From positions 8,825 to 72,824 of the forward strand of contig JBAZKH010000008.1 in the NCBI GenBank assembly GCA_041650935.1: DNA of 64,000 nucleotides, given 5' to 3'. Shown one piece after another: positions 1 to 9,090 of the stretch. Each line of letters starts with the position of its first letter. Within the stretch, counting starts at the first letter, position 1. The position numbers and the translations under genes are program-made. Origin of the DNA: Candidatus Omnitrophota bacterium (GTDB taxonomy: Bacteria > Omnitrophota > Gorgyraeia > 2-01-FULL-45-10). Below the pieces are notes generated by a model. That model had not been told where the DNA came from. It was given only the letters and a program-made list of their open reading frames with translations, and ran no database searches.

Positions 1-407
1 AACCGGTCCCGCGCTTACCAGGGCTTCTTTATTGGCAAGGGCGATACGCACCTTCTTTTTTGCGGCTTCCGCCAGCGGGACCAGCGCCGCCATGCCGGAG
101 ATCGCAAGCACGAGAACGTCAACGTCGCCCCTAGAGACAATCTCTTTCAAACCGTCCCGGCCCGAGACTATACGTATCCCCGACGGCAATGACCGCTTGA
201 GGTTTAAATTCTGTCTGCCGCGCCCTACGCATACGATTTTTGGCCTGAAACGCTGTGCCTGCCCGGCAAGGAGCCGGACATTCGACTCACAGGATAGCGC
301 CGTCACCTCAAATTCACCGTCCAACCGCGAAATAACATCGAGAGTGCTTGTGCCTATAGATCCCGTAGAACCGAGTATCGCTATTCGTTTCTTCACCCCG
401 TTAGACC
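1..407 (-). CDS. dxr: 1-deoxy-D-xylulose 5-phosphate reductoisomerase, N-terminal part; the gene continues past the window start
   Basis: The minus-strand translation from a GTG near 405-407 reads VKKRIAILGSTGSIGTSTLDV..., the canonical Dxr N-terminus (NADPH-binding GSTGSIG). A GGAGG Shine-Dalgarno sequence sits upstream. No stop codon is reached before coordinate 1. Confidence 0.85.
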
Positions 408-445
408 TCCAATAATCCCCGTTGACTCGAAAAGTCTAACGTGGT

Positions 446-1273
446 TCATCGTTTCATCAGCACCACAATATAAAAATAGAATATCGGGGTGGTAAAAAGA
501 AGGGAATCTATCAGGTCCAGCATCCCCCCGAACCCGGAAAGCGCCGAACCCGAATCCTTTACGCCGGAGTCCCTCTTAAGAAGCGACTCGGCAAGATCTC
601 CCACCTGCGCAAGTATCCCGAGAAGAACACCTAACACGATAAGATGACCATAAGGAAAATCGGGCAGAAAACTTTTGCTAGCCGCGGCGCTCATTACGCT
701 AAAGACCAACCCCCCCACGGTCCCTTCCACAGTCTTGTGCGGGCTTATCCTGGGGATGAGATTGTGCCTTCCAACAGCATTGCCGACAAGATAGGCCCCC
801 ACATCACCCATCTTTGTCACTAGAATCAGAAAAGCCACAAGCAAAGCGCCGTTATGCAGGAATTTCAGCTTTATGAAGAAGGAGAAGAACCACGCTATAT
901 AGAGAAGGCCGAATAATGTCACGGCAATGCTCATAAGCGCCTGGGAGCTGTCGCGGCGTATGAACTGCAATACAAAAATAAATAAACATGCTATGACTAT
1001 AAAGAACGGTTCAAGAGTAAAGTACCCTTCCCCGCCCATTTGAAAAAATATTATCAAAGGCACGCACATACCTATAACCACACCGAAGTGTTTATAAACG
1101 ACGATGCCCTTCCGCTCCGCCAGGCTGAAAAATTCCGCCAACCCTATCCCTATCATCACCATAGCAAGCGCAGCGAATACCCAGTTCGGGAAAAAGAATA
1201 TGACGAGCGCAACTAAAGTTACGATGAGAACGCTGGTCAATATCCGCTTGGTAAGGCTAAGATTATCCGCCAA
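446..1273 (-). CDS. cdsA: phosphatidate cytidylyltransferase (CDP-diglyceride synthase)
   Basis: The protein is multi-TM and carries PHKTVEG and GGMLDLIDS motifs. The ORF track extends it to 1483, overlapping uppS. A TTG at about 1273, just after the uppS stop and preceded by GGAGG, or an ATG at 1357, is a more plausible start. The uppS-cdsA-dxr order is a conserved arrangement. Confidence 0.8.
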   Translation of the reverse strand: MADNLSLTKRILTSVLIVTLVALVIFFFPNWVFAALAMVMIGIGLAEFFSLAERKGIVVYKHFGVVIGMCVPLIIFFQMGGEGYFTLEPFFIVIACLFIFVLQFIRRDSSQALMSIAVTLFGLLYIAWFFSFFIKLKFLHNGALLVAFLILVTKMGDVGAYLVGNAVGRHNLIPRISPHKTVEGTVGGLVFSVMSAAASKSFLPDFPYGHLIVLGVLLGILAQVGDLAESLLKRDSGVKDSGSALSGFGGMLDLIDSLLFTTPIFYFYIVVLMKR

Positions 1274-1970
1274 ATCTCCTCTCCCTCCTCTGGTATTCCA
1301 TAACGGCTTTCTTGAAATCCGCTTTTTTGAAATCCGGCCAGAATTTTTTCGTAACATAAAGTTCCGCATAGGCCATCTGCCATAACAAAAAATTCGACAC
1401 CCGGTATTCACCTGAAGTTCGTATAACAAGATCGGGATCCGGCAGATGGGCGGTATAGAGATGCCCCGCAAAGACGGCCTCATCTATATTTTGGGGGTCG
1501 ATACCGCCGGCGGCGGCTTCTTTAGCAATCTCGCGGGCCGCATGCACTATCTCCAGCCTCCCGCCGTAATTGAGCGCAAGGTTCAATGTCAGGGCGGTAT
1601 TGGCCGCTGTCGATTTCTCGACCCTCTCTACCCCGGCCCGGACAGCATCGGGAAGCCCGGCCCTGTCTCCCACCATAGAAAATCTTATATTATTTTCGTT
1701 AAGCCGCCGCTCCTCCCTGGCAAGATAATCCTCCAGTATTTTGAATAGAGCGCTCACTTCGCTCTTAGGCCTCTTCCAGTTCTCCGTGGAAAATGTATAG
1801 AGCGTCAATATCTTTACGCCCAGCTCTTTGGCGGCCGCTATTGCTTGTTCGACGCTCCGCGCGCCGGCGCGGTGGCCCGCGATCTTGGGCAGCCTGCGAG
1901 CAGCCGCCCATCTGCCGTTACCGTCCATTATAATCGCTACATGCTGAGGCGTATTGTTTGGATTATCCAC
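1263..1970 (-). CDS. uppS: undecaprenyl (isoprenyl) diphosphate synthase
   Basis: The HVAIIMDGNGRWA motif and the overall cis-prenyltransferase sequence are present. The gene starts with GTG. Confidence 0.9.
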   Translation of the reverse strand: MDNPNNTPQHVAIIMDGNGRWAAARRLPKIAGHRAGARSVEQAIAAAKELGVKILTLYTFSTENWKRPKSEVSALFKILEDYLAREERRLNENNIRFSMVGDRAGLPDAVRAGVERVEKSTAANTALTLNLALNYGGRLEIVHAAREIAKEAAAGGIDPQNIDEAVFAGHLYTAHLPDPDLVIRTSGEYRVSNFLLWQMAYAELYVTKKFWPDFKKADFKKAVMEYQRRERRFGG

Positions 1971-2153
1971 GGAATTCCCGAATAATATAATCCCAAATCC
2001 AACCTTACCTGGTATTATTTGTAATATTTGAAATTGGGATTTATTTGGTAGTATTTGGATTTTGTCATTTGATATTATCGCTAAATGGCAATGGGGGACT
2101 CTAACGATCCCCCATTGCCGTATTTCACATATTCACAAGTTTCCTGTATTCGA

Positions 2154-2837
2154 CTATTTAACGGCCTCCGTATCAGCCTGCGGAAGCTTGGATTCCTCCG
2201 CAGCTTTCGCCTCTTCGGAAACTTTCGTCTGTTCCTCTTCGTAGGACTTCTTAGTTACCTCTCGGGGTAGTATTATGATCTCGACCCTGCGGTTTTTGGA
2301 CCTGCCGGCCTTCGTCTCATTGGTATCGATCGGTTTATATTCACCGTAACCTATGGAAGACAATCTCTGCGGCTTCACGCTTTTGCCTATGAGATAATGC
2401 AGGACGTTTGTGGCGCGCGCGGAAGAGAGTTCCCAGTTAGACTTCCACCCCGAATGCTTTATCGGAACCGAATCGGTATGACCTTCTACGCCGATATCCC
2501 TGTCCGGGACCTCTTCATTAAGGACATTGGCGATCTTATCGAGGACGGGATACGCGTTCTTTTTAAGCTTTGCTTTGCCGGAATCGAATAATATGTCATT
2601 GGCCATTGTTATGACAAGGCCGCGTTTGGTCTGTTCCAACAGTATCTGGTTATCGCCTATCTCTTTGGCCAGCCTCTCTTCAAGCGACCGCTTGGCCTGC
2701 TCAAGCTCCTCGAGCTGGCTCGTAAGCTGCTTTATCTTGCGCTCCTGATCGGGCTTACCTTTGTAAAAATTGAGCGCACAACCATTCAGGCTGATCGCGA
2801 ATATTCCTATTAATAAAAATGCCGCAATTCTTTTCAT
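2154..2837 (-). CDS. OmpA/MotB-domain lipoprotein (Pal-like peptidoglycan-associated lipoprotein)
   Basis: An internal start MKRIAAFLLIGIFAISLNGC carries a lipobox. A coiled-coil is followed by an OmpA-like peptidoglycan-binding domain (NRRVEI). The track ORF 2154..2894 is over-extended at the 5' end. Confidence 0.75.
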   Translation of the reverse strand: MKRIAAFLLIGIFAISLNGCALNFYKGKPDQERKIKQLTSQLEELEQAKRSLEERLAKEIGDNQILLEQTKRGLVITMANDILFDSGKAKLKKNAYPVLDKIANVLNEEVPDRDIGVEGHTDSVPIKHSGWKSNWELSSARATNVLHYLIGKSVKPQRLSSIGYGEYKPIDTNETKAGRSKNRRVEIIILPREVTKKSYEEEQTKVSEEAKAAEESKLPQADTEAVK

Positions 2838-2974
2838 ACCTCTATCCCCCGATTTGTTGTAATTTAATTTTAGACAAACCGTCCCGGGCCGCAACTATTT
2901 CACCCCCCGCAGCGAGGGACTACCTTTATTTTTAAAATATTATCACTCGCCTAATTCAAAGTCAAGTAAAACCG

Positions 2975-4249
2975 CTAAGAGTCTTTGGAAAAGGTCTGTT
3001 TCCTGTCGCATCCGACCGAAATAAGTACTATCCTGGTCTTCAGCTCGCCCTGCATCCGCTTAAGGTAATTCCGCGCGTTCCTGGGCAGTTTCAGGTACGA
3101 GGTAACTTTTGTCGTATCCGCTTTCCAGCCCGGCAGTTCTTCGTATACGGGCTCGCATCCGGCCAGCACCCTGCTATTCGTCGGGAAATCCGTATACGTC
3201 CTGCCCTCGAACCTGTATGCCGTACATATCCTGATAGAATCGAGATCGTCTAATACGTCTAATTTTGTAACCACTATCTCATCGATACCGTTGACCATTA
3301 TAGAATGCCTTACGATCACGCTGTCGAAATGGCCGCACCGCCGCGGCCTGCCCGTCGTAGCGCCAAACTCCTTGCCTTTCTGCCGTATACGCTCCATCAG
3401 GTCCTTGCCAAACTCGGTGGGAAACGGCCCTTCGCCGACCCTTGTCGTATAAGCCTTCACAACCCCTATGACCTTGCCTATAGCGGTAGGCCCGACACCT
3501 GTCCCGGTGGAAGCGCCGCCGGCCGTAGAATTCGAGGATGTAACAAAGGGATATGTGCCGTGATCGACGTCGAGAAGCGTGCCCTGCGCGCCCTCGAATA
3601 ATATTTTTTTGCGCCGCTTTATGGCATCGTTAAGGACGACGGTCGTATTACACACGTATTTTTTTATCGCTTTGGCATAGGCGCGATACTCGCTATACAA
3701 TTCATCGAAAGAGTATCCCCCGACACCGTATATCTTATCAAATATGGCATTCTTCTCATCCAGATTTGCCGTCAATTTTTCCTTTAATACGGCATCGTCG
3801 AGCAAGTCCGCTACCCTTATGCCGGAACGCGCCACCTTATCGGCATAGCACGGGCCTATGCCTTTCTTGGTAGTGCCTATCTTTTTGCGCTTCGCTTCCT
3901 TAAGCTCGTCGAGCCGTTTATGGTACGGGAATATGACGTGGGCATTTTCGCTTACGAGTAATCTGCCGTCGACATCTATGCCGCGCTTCTTGAGTACATC
4001 GATCTCGTCGAGAAGCGCCTTGGGGTCGACCACAACACCGTTAGCTATTACGCATATCTTATGTTTGTGCAGTATTCCGGAAGGAATGAGATGAAGTATG
4101 AATTCGTCGTCATCGATCACAACCGTGTGGCCGGCATTGTTACCGCCCTGGTACCTTACAACATAGTCGACCTTCCGGGTAAATATGTCTATAACTTTAC
4201 CCTTGCCTTCATCACCCCACTGCGCACCCAGGATTACCAGATTTGCCAT
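2975..4249 (-). CDS. purA: adenylosuccinate synthetase
   Basis: The true start is MANLVILGAQWGDEGKGK, the PurA P-loop. The Arg-rich 40-aa N-terminal extension in the track ORF is spurious. Confidence 0.9.
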   Translation of the reverse strand: MANLVILGAQWGDEGKGKVIDIFTRKVDYVVRYQGGNNAGHTVVIDDDEFILHLIPSGILHKHKICVIANGVVVDPKALLDEIDVLKKRGIDVDGRLLVSENAHVIFPYHKRLDELKEAKRKKIGTTKKGIGPCYADKVARSGIRVADLLDDAVLKEKLTANLDEKNAIFDKIYGVGGYSFDELYSEYRAYAKAIKKYVCNTTVVLNDAIKRRKKILFEGAQGTLLDVDHGTYPFVTSSNSTAGGASTGTGVGPTAIGKVIGVVKAYTTRVGEGPFPTEFGKDLMERIRQKGKEFGATTGRPRRCGHFDSVIVRHSIMVNGIDEIVVTKLDVLDDLDSIRICTAYRFEGRTYTDFPTNSRVLAGCEPVYEELPGWKADTTKVTSYLKLPRNARNYLKRMQGELKTRIVLISVGCDRKQTFSKDS

Positions 4250-4259
4250 ACTTTTCATC

Positions 4260-4790
4260 CTATTTTTTCGGAGGCACCGGAGGCGCCTTCGGCGGCTGTG
4301 CCGGAACAGCAGGTGGCTGCGACGGGATAGTAACGGCGGGCGGTAACGCAGGCGGCGCGGGCGGTACATTCACCGCGGCAGCCTGCCGGGAAATCTGCTC
4401 GGCCCGTCTTATGTTCTCCAATTGCTTATTAAGTTTCTCCGTCCTTATACGCACCGCTTCAGTGCCGACTCTGGAAAATAACTTTGCCAACGCTTCCGCG
4501 TCCAGGTCTTCAAGCCTCTTACCGTTATAGGTATAAATTACATTACCTGCTGCGTCGGTCTCTTTCTTAAGTCCCTGAACGAAATTAATAATTTCGCCGG
4601 CTCGGTCCAAATTTTTCTTAATGCGCCCGAGCAACTCTTCTTTCGTCAATTCCGCCCGCGTTTGAGGTTTCCGGGCCGGTGTCTTATCCGCTGCGTCAGG
4701 TTTGACGGGTTCGGCAGAAAACAAATTCGCCGCCGCTAAGGCCGCGGCTATCATTACTCCCAAGACTATACTATTTTTTATTCCATTCAT
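4260..4790 (-). CDS. secreted hypothetical protein with a coiled-coil and a proline-rich C-terminal tail
   Basis: It has a signal-peptide-like start (MNGIKNSIVLGVMIAAALAAANLFSA) and a PPAPPALPPAV...PPKAPPVPPKK tail. No family was recognised. Confidence 0.5.
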   Translation of the reverse strand: MNGIKNSIVLGVMIAAALAAANLFSAEPVKPDAADKTPARKPQTRAELTKEELLGRIKKNLDRAGEIINFVQGLKKETDAAGNVIYTYNGKRLEDLDAEALAKLFSRVGTEAVRIRTEKLNKQLENIRRAEQISRQAAAVNVPPAPPALPPAVTIPSQPPAVPAQPPKAPPVPPKK

Positions 4791-4832
4791 CTCTACCTTA
4801 CGAACAACTAACAACGCACAACGAGCAGCGAA

Positions 4833-6071
4833 CTACGGCGCCATCGTAAATATCCTACGAGCTATCTCAGGATACTTAGCGATGAACCGCAGTTCATCCT
4901 CGGTAAGAGGCTGCTGCGTGTGGACATTTGCGTACCTGACCAGTTCGAGTATCTTTGCGGCATCCTTTTCGTTCTTAAACTTCACTTCGAGCTTATCGTA
5001 AACGTTCCTGAAACCCTTTATGCCGCTATATTCGCCCGCTGTAATCTGCCTGCCGGTATCGATTATCTCCGGTTCGCCCCTGCCAAGCTCCTCGAAATCG
5101 TAGAGCTCGTAGTTGCGCCTGTCTTTAAGGGCTCCGTCGGCGTGTATACCGGATTCGTGCGCAAACGCGTTAGCGCCTACGCCCGGCTGGTTTACCGGGA
5201 TCGGCACACCAAAAGCGTAAGAGGCGTATTTGGCGATCTTCCAGGCATGCGAAAGCTTCACTCTCTCGTCCAGCACATATTTCCCGCCGAACCCGCTGGA
5301 ATATTTAACCGCAAGTATGACGCTCACCAGGTCCGCGTTACCCGCACGTTCGCCCATGCCGTTCACGGTCGTATTTATGTAGGCATCCACACCCGCATCT
5401 ATGGCGGCTTTGGCACCCGCAACGGAGCATGCCACAACCATGCCCAGGTCGTTATGACAATGCAGTTCTATGGGCAACCTCACCTCTTCGGCCAATATCT
5501 TGACGCGCGCGTATATCGTGAAAGGATCGTCGTATCCCAGCGTGTCGCAGTATCTTACCCTCTCTGCACCGGCCTTCTTCGCTGCTCTCGAGAATTTTAT
5601 GAGATAATCGAGATGCGTCCTCGACGCGTCTTCGGCGTTCACGCCGACATATTTTACGCCGAGTTTCCTGGCCGTACGCACCGCCTCGACCATCTCTTTT
5701 ATAACGTCTTCTTTTGTATACTTACCCTGGAACTTGCCGTTTATCATCTGGTCCGATGTTGAAATAGAGAGATTAAGGTTTTCGATCTTTGTCATCTTAC
5801 AGGCCTTTTCAACATCATCTTTGATGGCCCTTATCCAGCCGCTGAGCATGATGGGCTTGAGAACTCCCATTTTTGCCAGCTCAAGGTTGGCGTTCAGGTA
5901 ATTTGTCTCGTGACGGGTCACAGGGAAACCGAATTCGGACTGTGCTACACCCATATCGTTCAGATACATGTTTATCATCGTCTTCTGGAGCTTTGCCAGA
6001 CCGAGTCTCGATGTCTGGACACCGTCTCTATTGGTAACGTCGACTATATAAATCTTATTTTGCTTTGCCAC
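4833..6071 (-). CDS. DRE-TIM metallolyase, LeuA/NifV family (short homocitrate/citramalate/2-isopropylmalate synthase-like paralogue)
   Basis: It carries an HCHNDLG metal-binding motif and an RDGVQ N-terminal motif. At 412 aa it lacks the LeuA C-terminal regulatory domain. Confidence 0.7.
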   Translation of the reverse strand: MAKQNKIYIVDVTNRDGVQTSRLGLAKLQKTMINMYLNDMGVAQSEFGFPVTRHETNYLNANLELAKMGVLKPIMLSGWIRAIKDDVEKACKMTKIENLNLSISTSDQMINGKFQGKYTKEDVIKEMVEAVRTARKLGVKYVGVNAEDASRTHLDYLIKFSRAAKKAGAERVRYCDTLGYDDPFTIYARVKILAEEVRLPIELHCHNDLGMVVACSVAGAKAAIDAGVDAYINTTVNGMGERAGNADLVSVILAVKYSSGFGGKYVLDERVKLSHAWKIAKYASYAFGVPIPVNQPGVGANAFAHESGIHADGALKDRRNYELYDFEELGRGEPEIIDTGRQITAGEYSGIKGFRNVYDKLEVKFKNEKDAAKILELVRYANVHTQQPLTEDELRFIAKYPEIARRIFTMAP

Positions 6072-6094
6072 CTGCGCACCTTCTTTCCGATCTG

Positions 6095-6150
6095 TAAAAT
6101 TTGAATTTCGTATTTGTTTAGAATTTCGATATTCGTATTTCGGGTTTAAA
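6095..6150. repeat. family 2 half-element, copy F4 (reverse orientation)
   Basis: Its reverse complement reads CTTTAAACCCGAAATACGAATATCGAAATTCTAAACAAATACGAAATTCAAATTTTAC. Confidence 0.7.
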
Positions 6151-7732
6151 GTTTTACCAATTTTAACTCGTATATGTTCTTCGACCCTCTTATCTCATCC
6201 AAAACCTTCTTCGGAACATTACTATCCACATTCCAAACACTTATGGCTTTACCGCCCTTCTCTTCGCGGCCGAACGATACGCTCGCCACGTTTATCTTAT
6301 TCTCGCCTAAGATGGTACCTATGTGGCCTATTATACCGGGCACATCCTTATTGAAGACGATGAGCATCGTCCCCTCGGGAACGCAGTCCACATAAAACTC
6401 GTCGATCTTCACGATACGCGGATCGACCTTTGTGAAGAGCGTCCCGCATAAGGAGCTCTTCATCTTGTCGGTCTCGACCTCGATCACTATAAGGCTGGCA
6501 AAATCCTGCAGTTCAGCCCTCTTCGAATCTATAACGGTTATACCGCGCTCTTTTGCCAGCACCATAGAATTCACGAAGTTTACCGTATCCTGCAGTATGG
6601 GCTTAAGCATGCCTTTTATTATCGTCGCGGTAAAAGGCGACAGGTCGTACTTCAAAAGGTCTCCCACGTACGTTATCTTAACCTTCTTTATATGCCCGTC
6701 GACAAGCTGCGCCTGGATAGCGCCCATATTTTCGGCCAGACGCAGATATGGTTCAAGGACCTTATACATTTCGGGATCGACGCACGGGACGTTAACCGCG
6801 TTCTTCACTCCACAGCCGAGGAGCGCGTCACGCACCGTATTCGCCACGTCTATTGCCACATTCATCTGCGCCTCTTCCGTAGAAGCACCGAGATGCGGGG
6901 TCAACACCACTTTCTCGAGCTTCGCCAGCTTTGAGTTCGTAGGCGGTTCCTCCTCGAATACGTCCAGCGCGGCGCCGGCCACCTTACCGGACTCTATGGC
7001 CCTGACAAGCGCCTCTTCATCTATTATACCGCCCCTCGCACAGTTGACGACCCTGACATTCCGCTTCATGACGGCGAATTCTTTATCCGATATTATATGC
7101 CTAGTCTCTTCCGTAAGAGGCGTATGGACCGTTATGTAGTCGGCATTTTTGTATATCGTCTTGAGGTCGACCAGCTCTATGCCAAGCTCCTTGGCCCTAT
7201 CGGCCGAGAGGAACGGATCATAAGCCAGCACCTTCATCCCGAAAGTAATGGCGCGCTTCGCTACCTCCGTGCCTATCCTGCCCAGACCCACTATGCCGAG
7301 CGTCTTGCCGTAGAGTTCCACGCCCATGAACTTTTTGCGCTCCCATTCGCCCCGCTTCACGGAAAGATCGGCCTGTGGTATATTACGGGAGAGGGCAAGT
7401 ATCATGGAAAAAGTATGCTCCGCCGTCGAAATAGTATTACCCGCGGGCGTATTGACGACGATTATCCCCTTCTTAGAGGCCGCCGCAACATCGACGTTGT
7501 CCAAACCGACCCCGGCCCTTCCTATTATTTTAAGCCTGGCGGCGGCGCCTATGACATCCTTGGTCACCTTGGTGGCGCTGCGCACCAGCAGGGCATCGTA
7601 ATCCTTGATCACCCGCTTAAGCTCTTCGGGCGTAAGTTTCGTATTAACGTCTACTTTGAATTCTTTCTCTTTCTCCAGTATTTCGACCGCTTCTTTCGAG
7701 AGCGAATCGCTGATCAAGACTTTGAATGACAT
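6146..7732 (-). CDS. serA: D-3-phosphoglycerate dehydrogenase
   Basis: The 528-aa protein has a 2-hydroxyacid dehydrogenase Rossmann motif (GLGRIG) and C-terminal ASB and ACT domains. Confidence 0.9.
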   Translation of the reverse strand: MSFKVLISDSLSKEAVEILEKEKEFKVDVNTKLTPEELKRVIKDYDALLVRSATKVTKDVIGAAARLKIIGRAGVGLDNVDVAAASKKGIIVVNTPAGNTISTAEHTFSMILALSRNIPQADLSVKRGEWERKKFMGVELYGKTLGIVGLGRIGTEVAKRAITFGMKVLAYDPFLSADRAKELGIELVDLKTIYKNADYITVHTPLTEETRHIISDKEFAVMKRNVRVVNCARGGIIDEEALVRAIESGKVAGAALDVFEEEPPTNSKLAKLEKVVLTPHLGASTEEAQMNVAIDVANTVRDALLGCGVKNAVNVPCVDPEMYKVLEPYLRLAENMGAIQAQLVDGHIKKVKITYVGDLLKYDLSPFTATIIKGMLKPILQDTVNFVNSMVLAKERGITVIDSKRAELQDFASLIVIEVETDKMKSSLCGTLFTKVDPRIVKIDEFYVDCVPEGTMLIVFNKDVPGIIGHIGTILGENKINVASVSFGREEKGGKAISVWNVDSNVPKKVLDEIRGSKNIYELKLVKL

Positions 7733-7752
7733 TACGCTATCTCCTTGCTTTC

Positions 7753-7881
7753 TTTAAATCCGAAATCCGAATATCGAAATTCTAAACAAATAAGAAATTC
7801 AAATTTTACAATTTTGAAACACTGGAGCTTGAAAAATTAGGATTTGTTTCGAATTTCGGATTTCGCGCTTCGGATTTATCC
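7753..7881. repeat. AT-rich palindromic intergenic element, family 2, copy F1
   Basis: The left half reads TTTAAATCCGAAATCCGAATATCGAAATTCTAAACAAATAAGAAATTCAAATTTTACAATTTTGAAA, and the inverted right half ends ...GATTTGTTTCGAATTTCGGATTT...CGGATTTATCC. Confidence 0.75.
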
Positions 7882-7886
7882 TTTTC

Positions 7887-9014
7887 TTATTGTAATATTT
7901 TTTCGGCCGCGGCCACACCCTTACCTGCACTGAACTTATATCCCAATTTCACGAGCGCCTGTTCCAGCGCCTTTATAGATTCGATCGTATGTTCCCTGTC
8001 TATTCCGCCCATGTGAGCAGCCCTGAATATCTTGCCCTTCAGGGTATCCTGTCCGCCGGCGAATGTAACGCCGAACTCCGTCTTCAGGAGCTTTATGATA
8101 TCGTCGGCGTTTATCCCCTCGGGGGCATTTATGCCGGTTACTGCGGCGGACGGGTGCCTGGAAAATACCGTAAGCCCCATCGTCTTACAAGCCTGGCGAA
8201 ATGCTTCCGACTGATTCACGTGCCGGGCGATGACCTTATCTATTCCCTCGGCATTGATCGTCTCCACCGCTTTCTTCAACCCGATGACCAAAGTTATCGC
8301 GGAAGTGAACGGCGTATCCGTATTGAGATAAGACTTCTGATATTTTTTGAAGTTAAAATAGAATTTCGGGAGCCGCGACGTTTCGACGGCTTTCCACGCC
8401 TTCTGGCTGACCGAACAGAACGACAGTCCCGGCGGTATCATCAGGCCCTTCTGCGAGCCGCAGACTGCTATATCGACTCCCCAGGCGTCGTTCTCGAAAT
8501 TATCAGCACCGAGACCGCTTATCACGTCGACGACAAATAATGCATCCGCCTTATTCACCACCCGGCCTATCGCCTTAATGTCGTATACTGTAGCGGTTGA
8601 TGTTTCGCAAAGCGTGGTATATACGCCCTTAACGCCGGGATTCTTCTTTAATAGTTCTTCGATCGTCTCCGGCTTCGGCGCGTCCCCCCATTCGACATCG
8701 AGCGCAATAACCTCGACTCCGTATGCCTTGGCGATGTCGCCGAACCTTTCGCCGAACTTACCGCCGCGCACCACTATTATCTTATCGCCGGCCGAGAGGC
8801 AGTTCACAATCGACGCTTCCATCGCCCCCGTCCCGCTCGAAGTAAACGTAAATAGATCCCCCGACGTTTTAAATATTTTCTTCAGGCCCTCGGTCGCGTC
8901 TTTGAATATGGCCTGATACTCTTTAGTCCGATGGTGTATCATCGGCCTGGCCATTTCGTTTCTTATCTCCTCGGGCACCGGCGTCGGTCCCGGCGTCATC
9001 AGATATTTCTTCAT
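7887..9014 (-). CDS. class V aminotransferase, probably phosphoserine aminotransferase of the AGXT-like type
   Basis: It has the class-V fold and a PLP-lysine region (SQKGLM). It lies adjacent to serA. The start is probably MKKYLMTPGPT. Confidence 0.8.
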   Translation of the reverse strand: MKKYLMTPGPTPVPEEIRNEMARPMIHHRTKEYQAIFKDATEGLKKIFKTSGDLFTFTSSGTGAMEASIVNCLSAGDKIIVVRGGKFGERFGDIAKAYGVEVIALDVEWGDAPKPETIEELLKKNPGVKGVYTTLCETSTATVYDIKAIGRVVNKADALFVVDVISGLGADNFENDAWGVDIAVCGSQKGLMIPPGLSFCSVSQKAWKAVETSRLPKFYFNFKKYQKSYLNTDTPFTSAITLVIGLKKAVETINAEGIDKVIARHVNQSEAFRQACKTMGLTVFSRHPSAAVTGINAPEGINADDIIKLLKTEFGVTFAGGQDTLKGKIFRAAHMGGIDREHTIESIKALEQALVKLGYKFSAGKGVAAAEKILQ

Positions 9015-9090
9015 GCTCAACCCCTTGTTAGTCACCAGTTACCAGTTGCCGGTTACCAGCCCACGTAAGCGCTGGCTGCTGGCAACCGAC

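Noticed and set aside
32-415. Plus-strand ORF of 127 aa at the window start
   Set aside because: It lies antisense to the clear dxr N-terminus (KKRIAILGSTGSIG) on the minus strand and has no recognisable protein features.
1274-1483. 5' extension of the cdsA ORF overlapping the uppS 3' end
   Set aside because: The extension translates to low-complexity sequence on top of the uppS C-terminus. CdsA homologues start at the first TM helix (LTKRILTSVLIV), and a TTG with an upstream GGAGG fits there.
4920-5762. Long plus-strand ORFs (also 6432..7139, 7097..7729, 12142..12813, 19675..20355, 20604..21203, 30877..31791, 32551..33549, 33390..34253, 47515..48345, 48546..49130 and others)
   Set aside because: All are embedded antisense in well-supported minus-strand genes. 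They are typical GC-rich shadow ORFs with low-complexity, Arg/Ser/Pro-rich translations.
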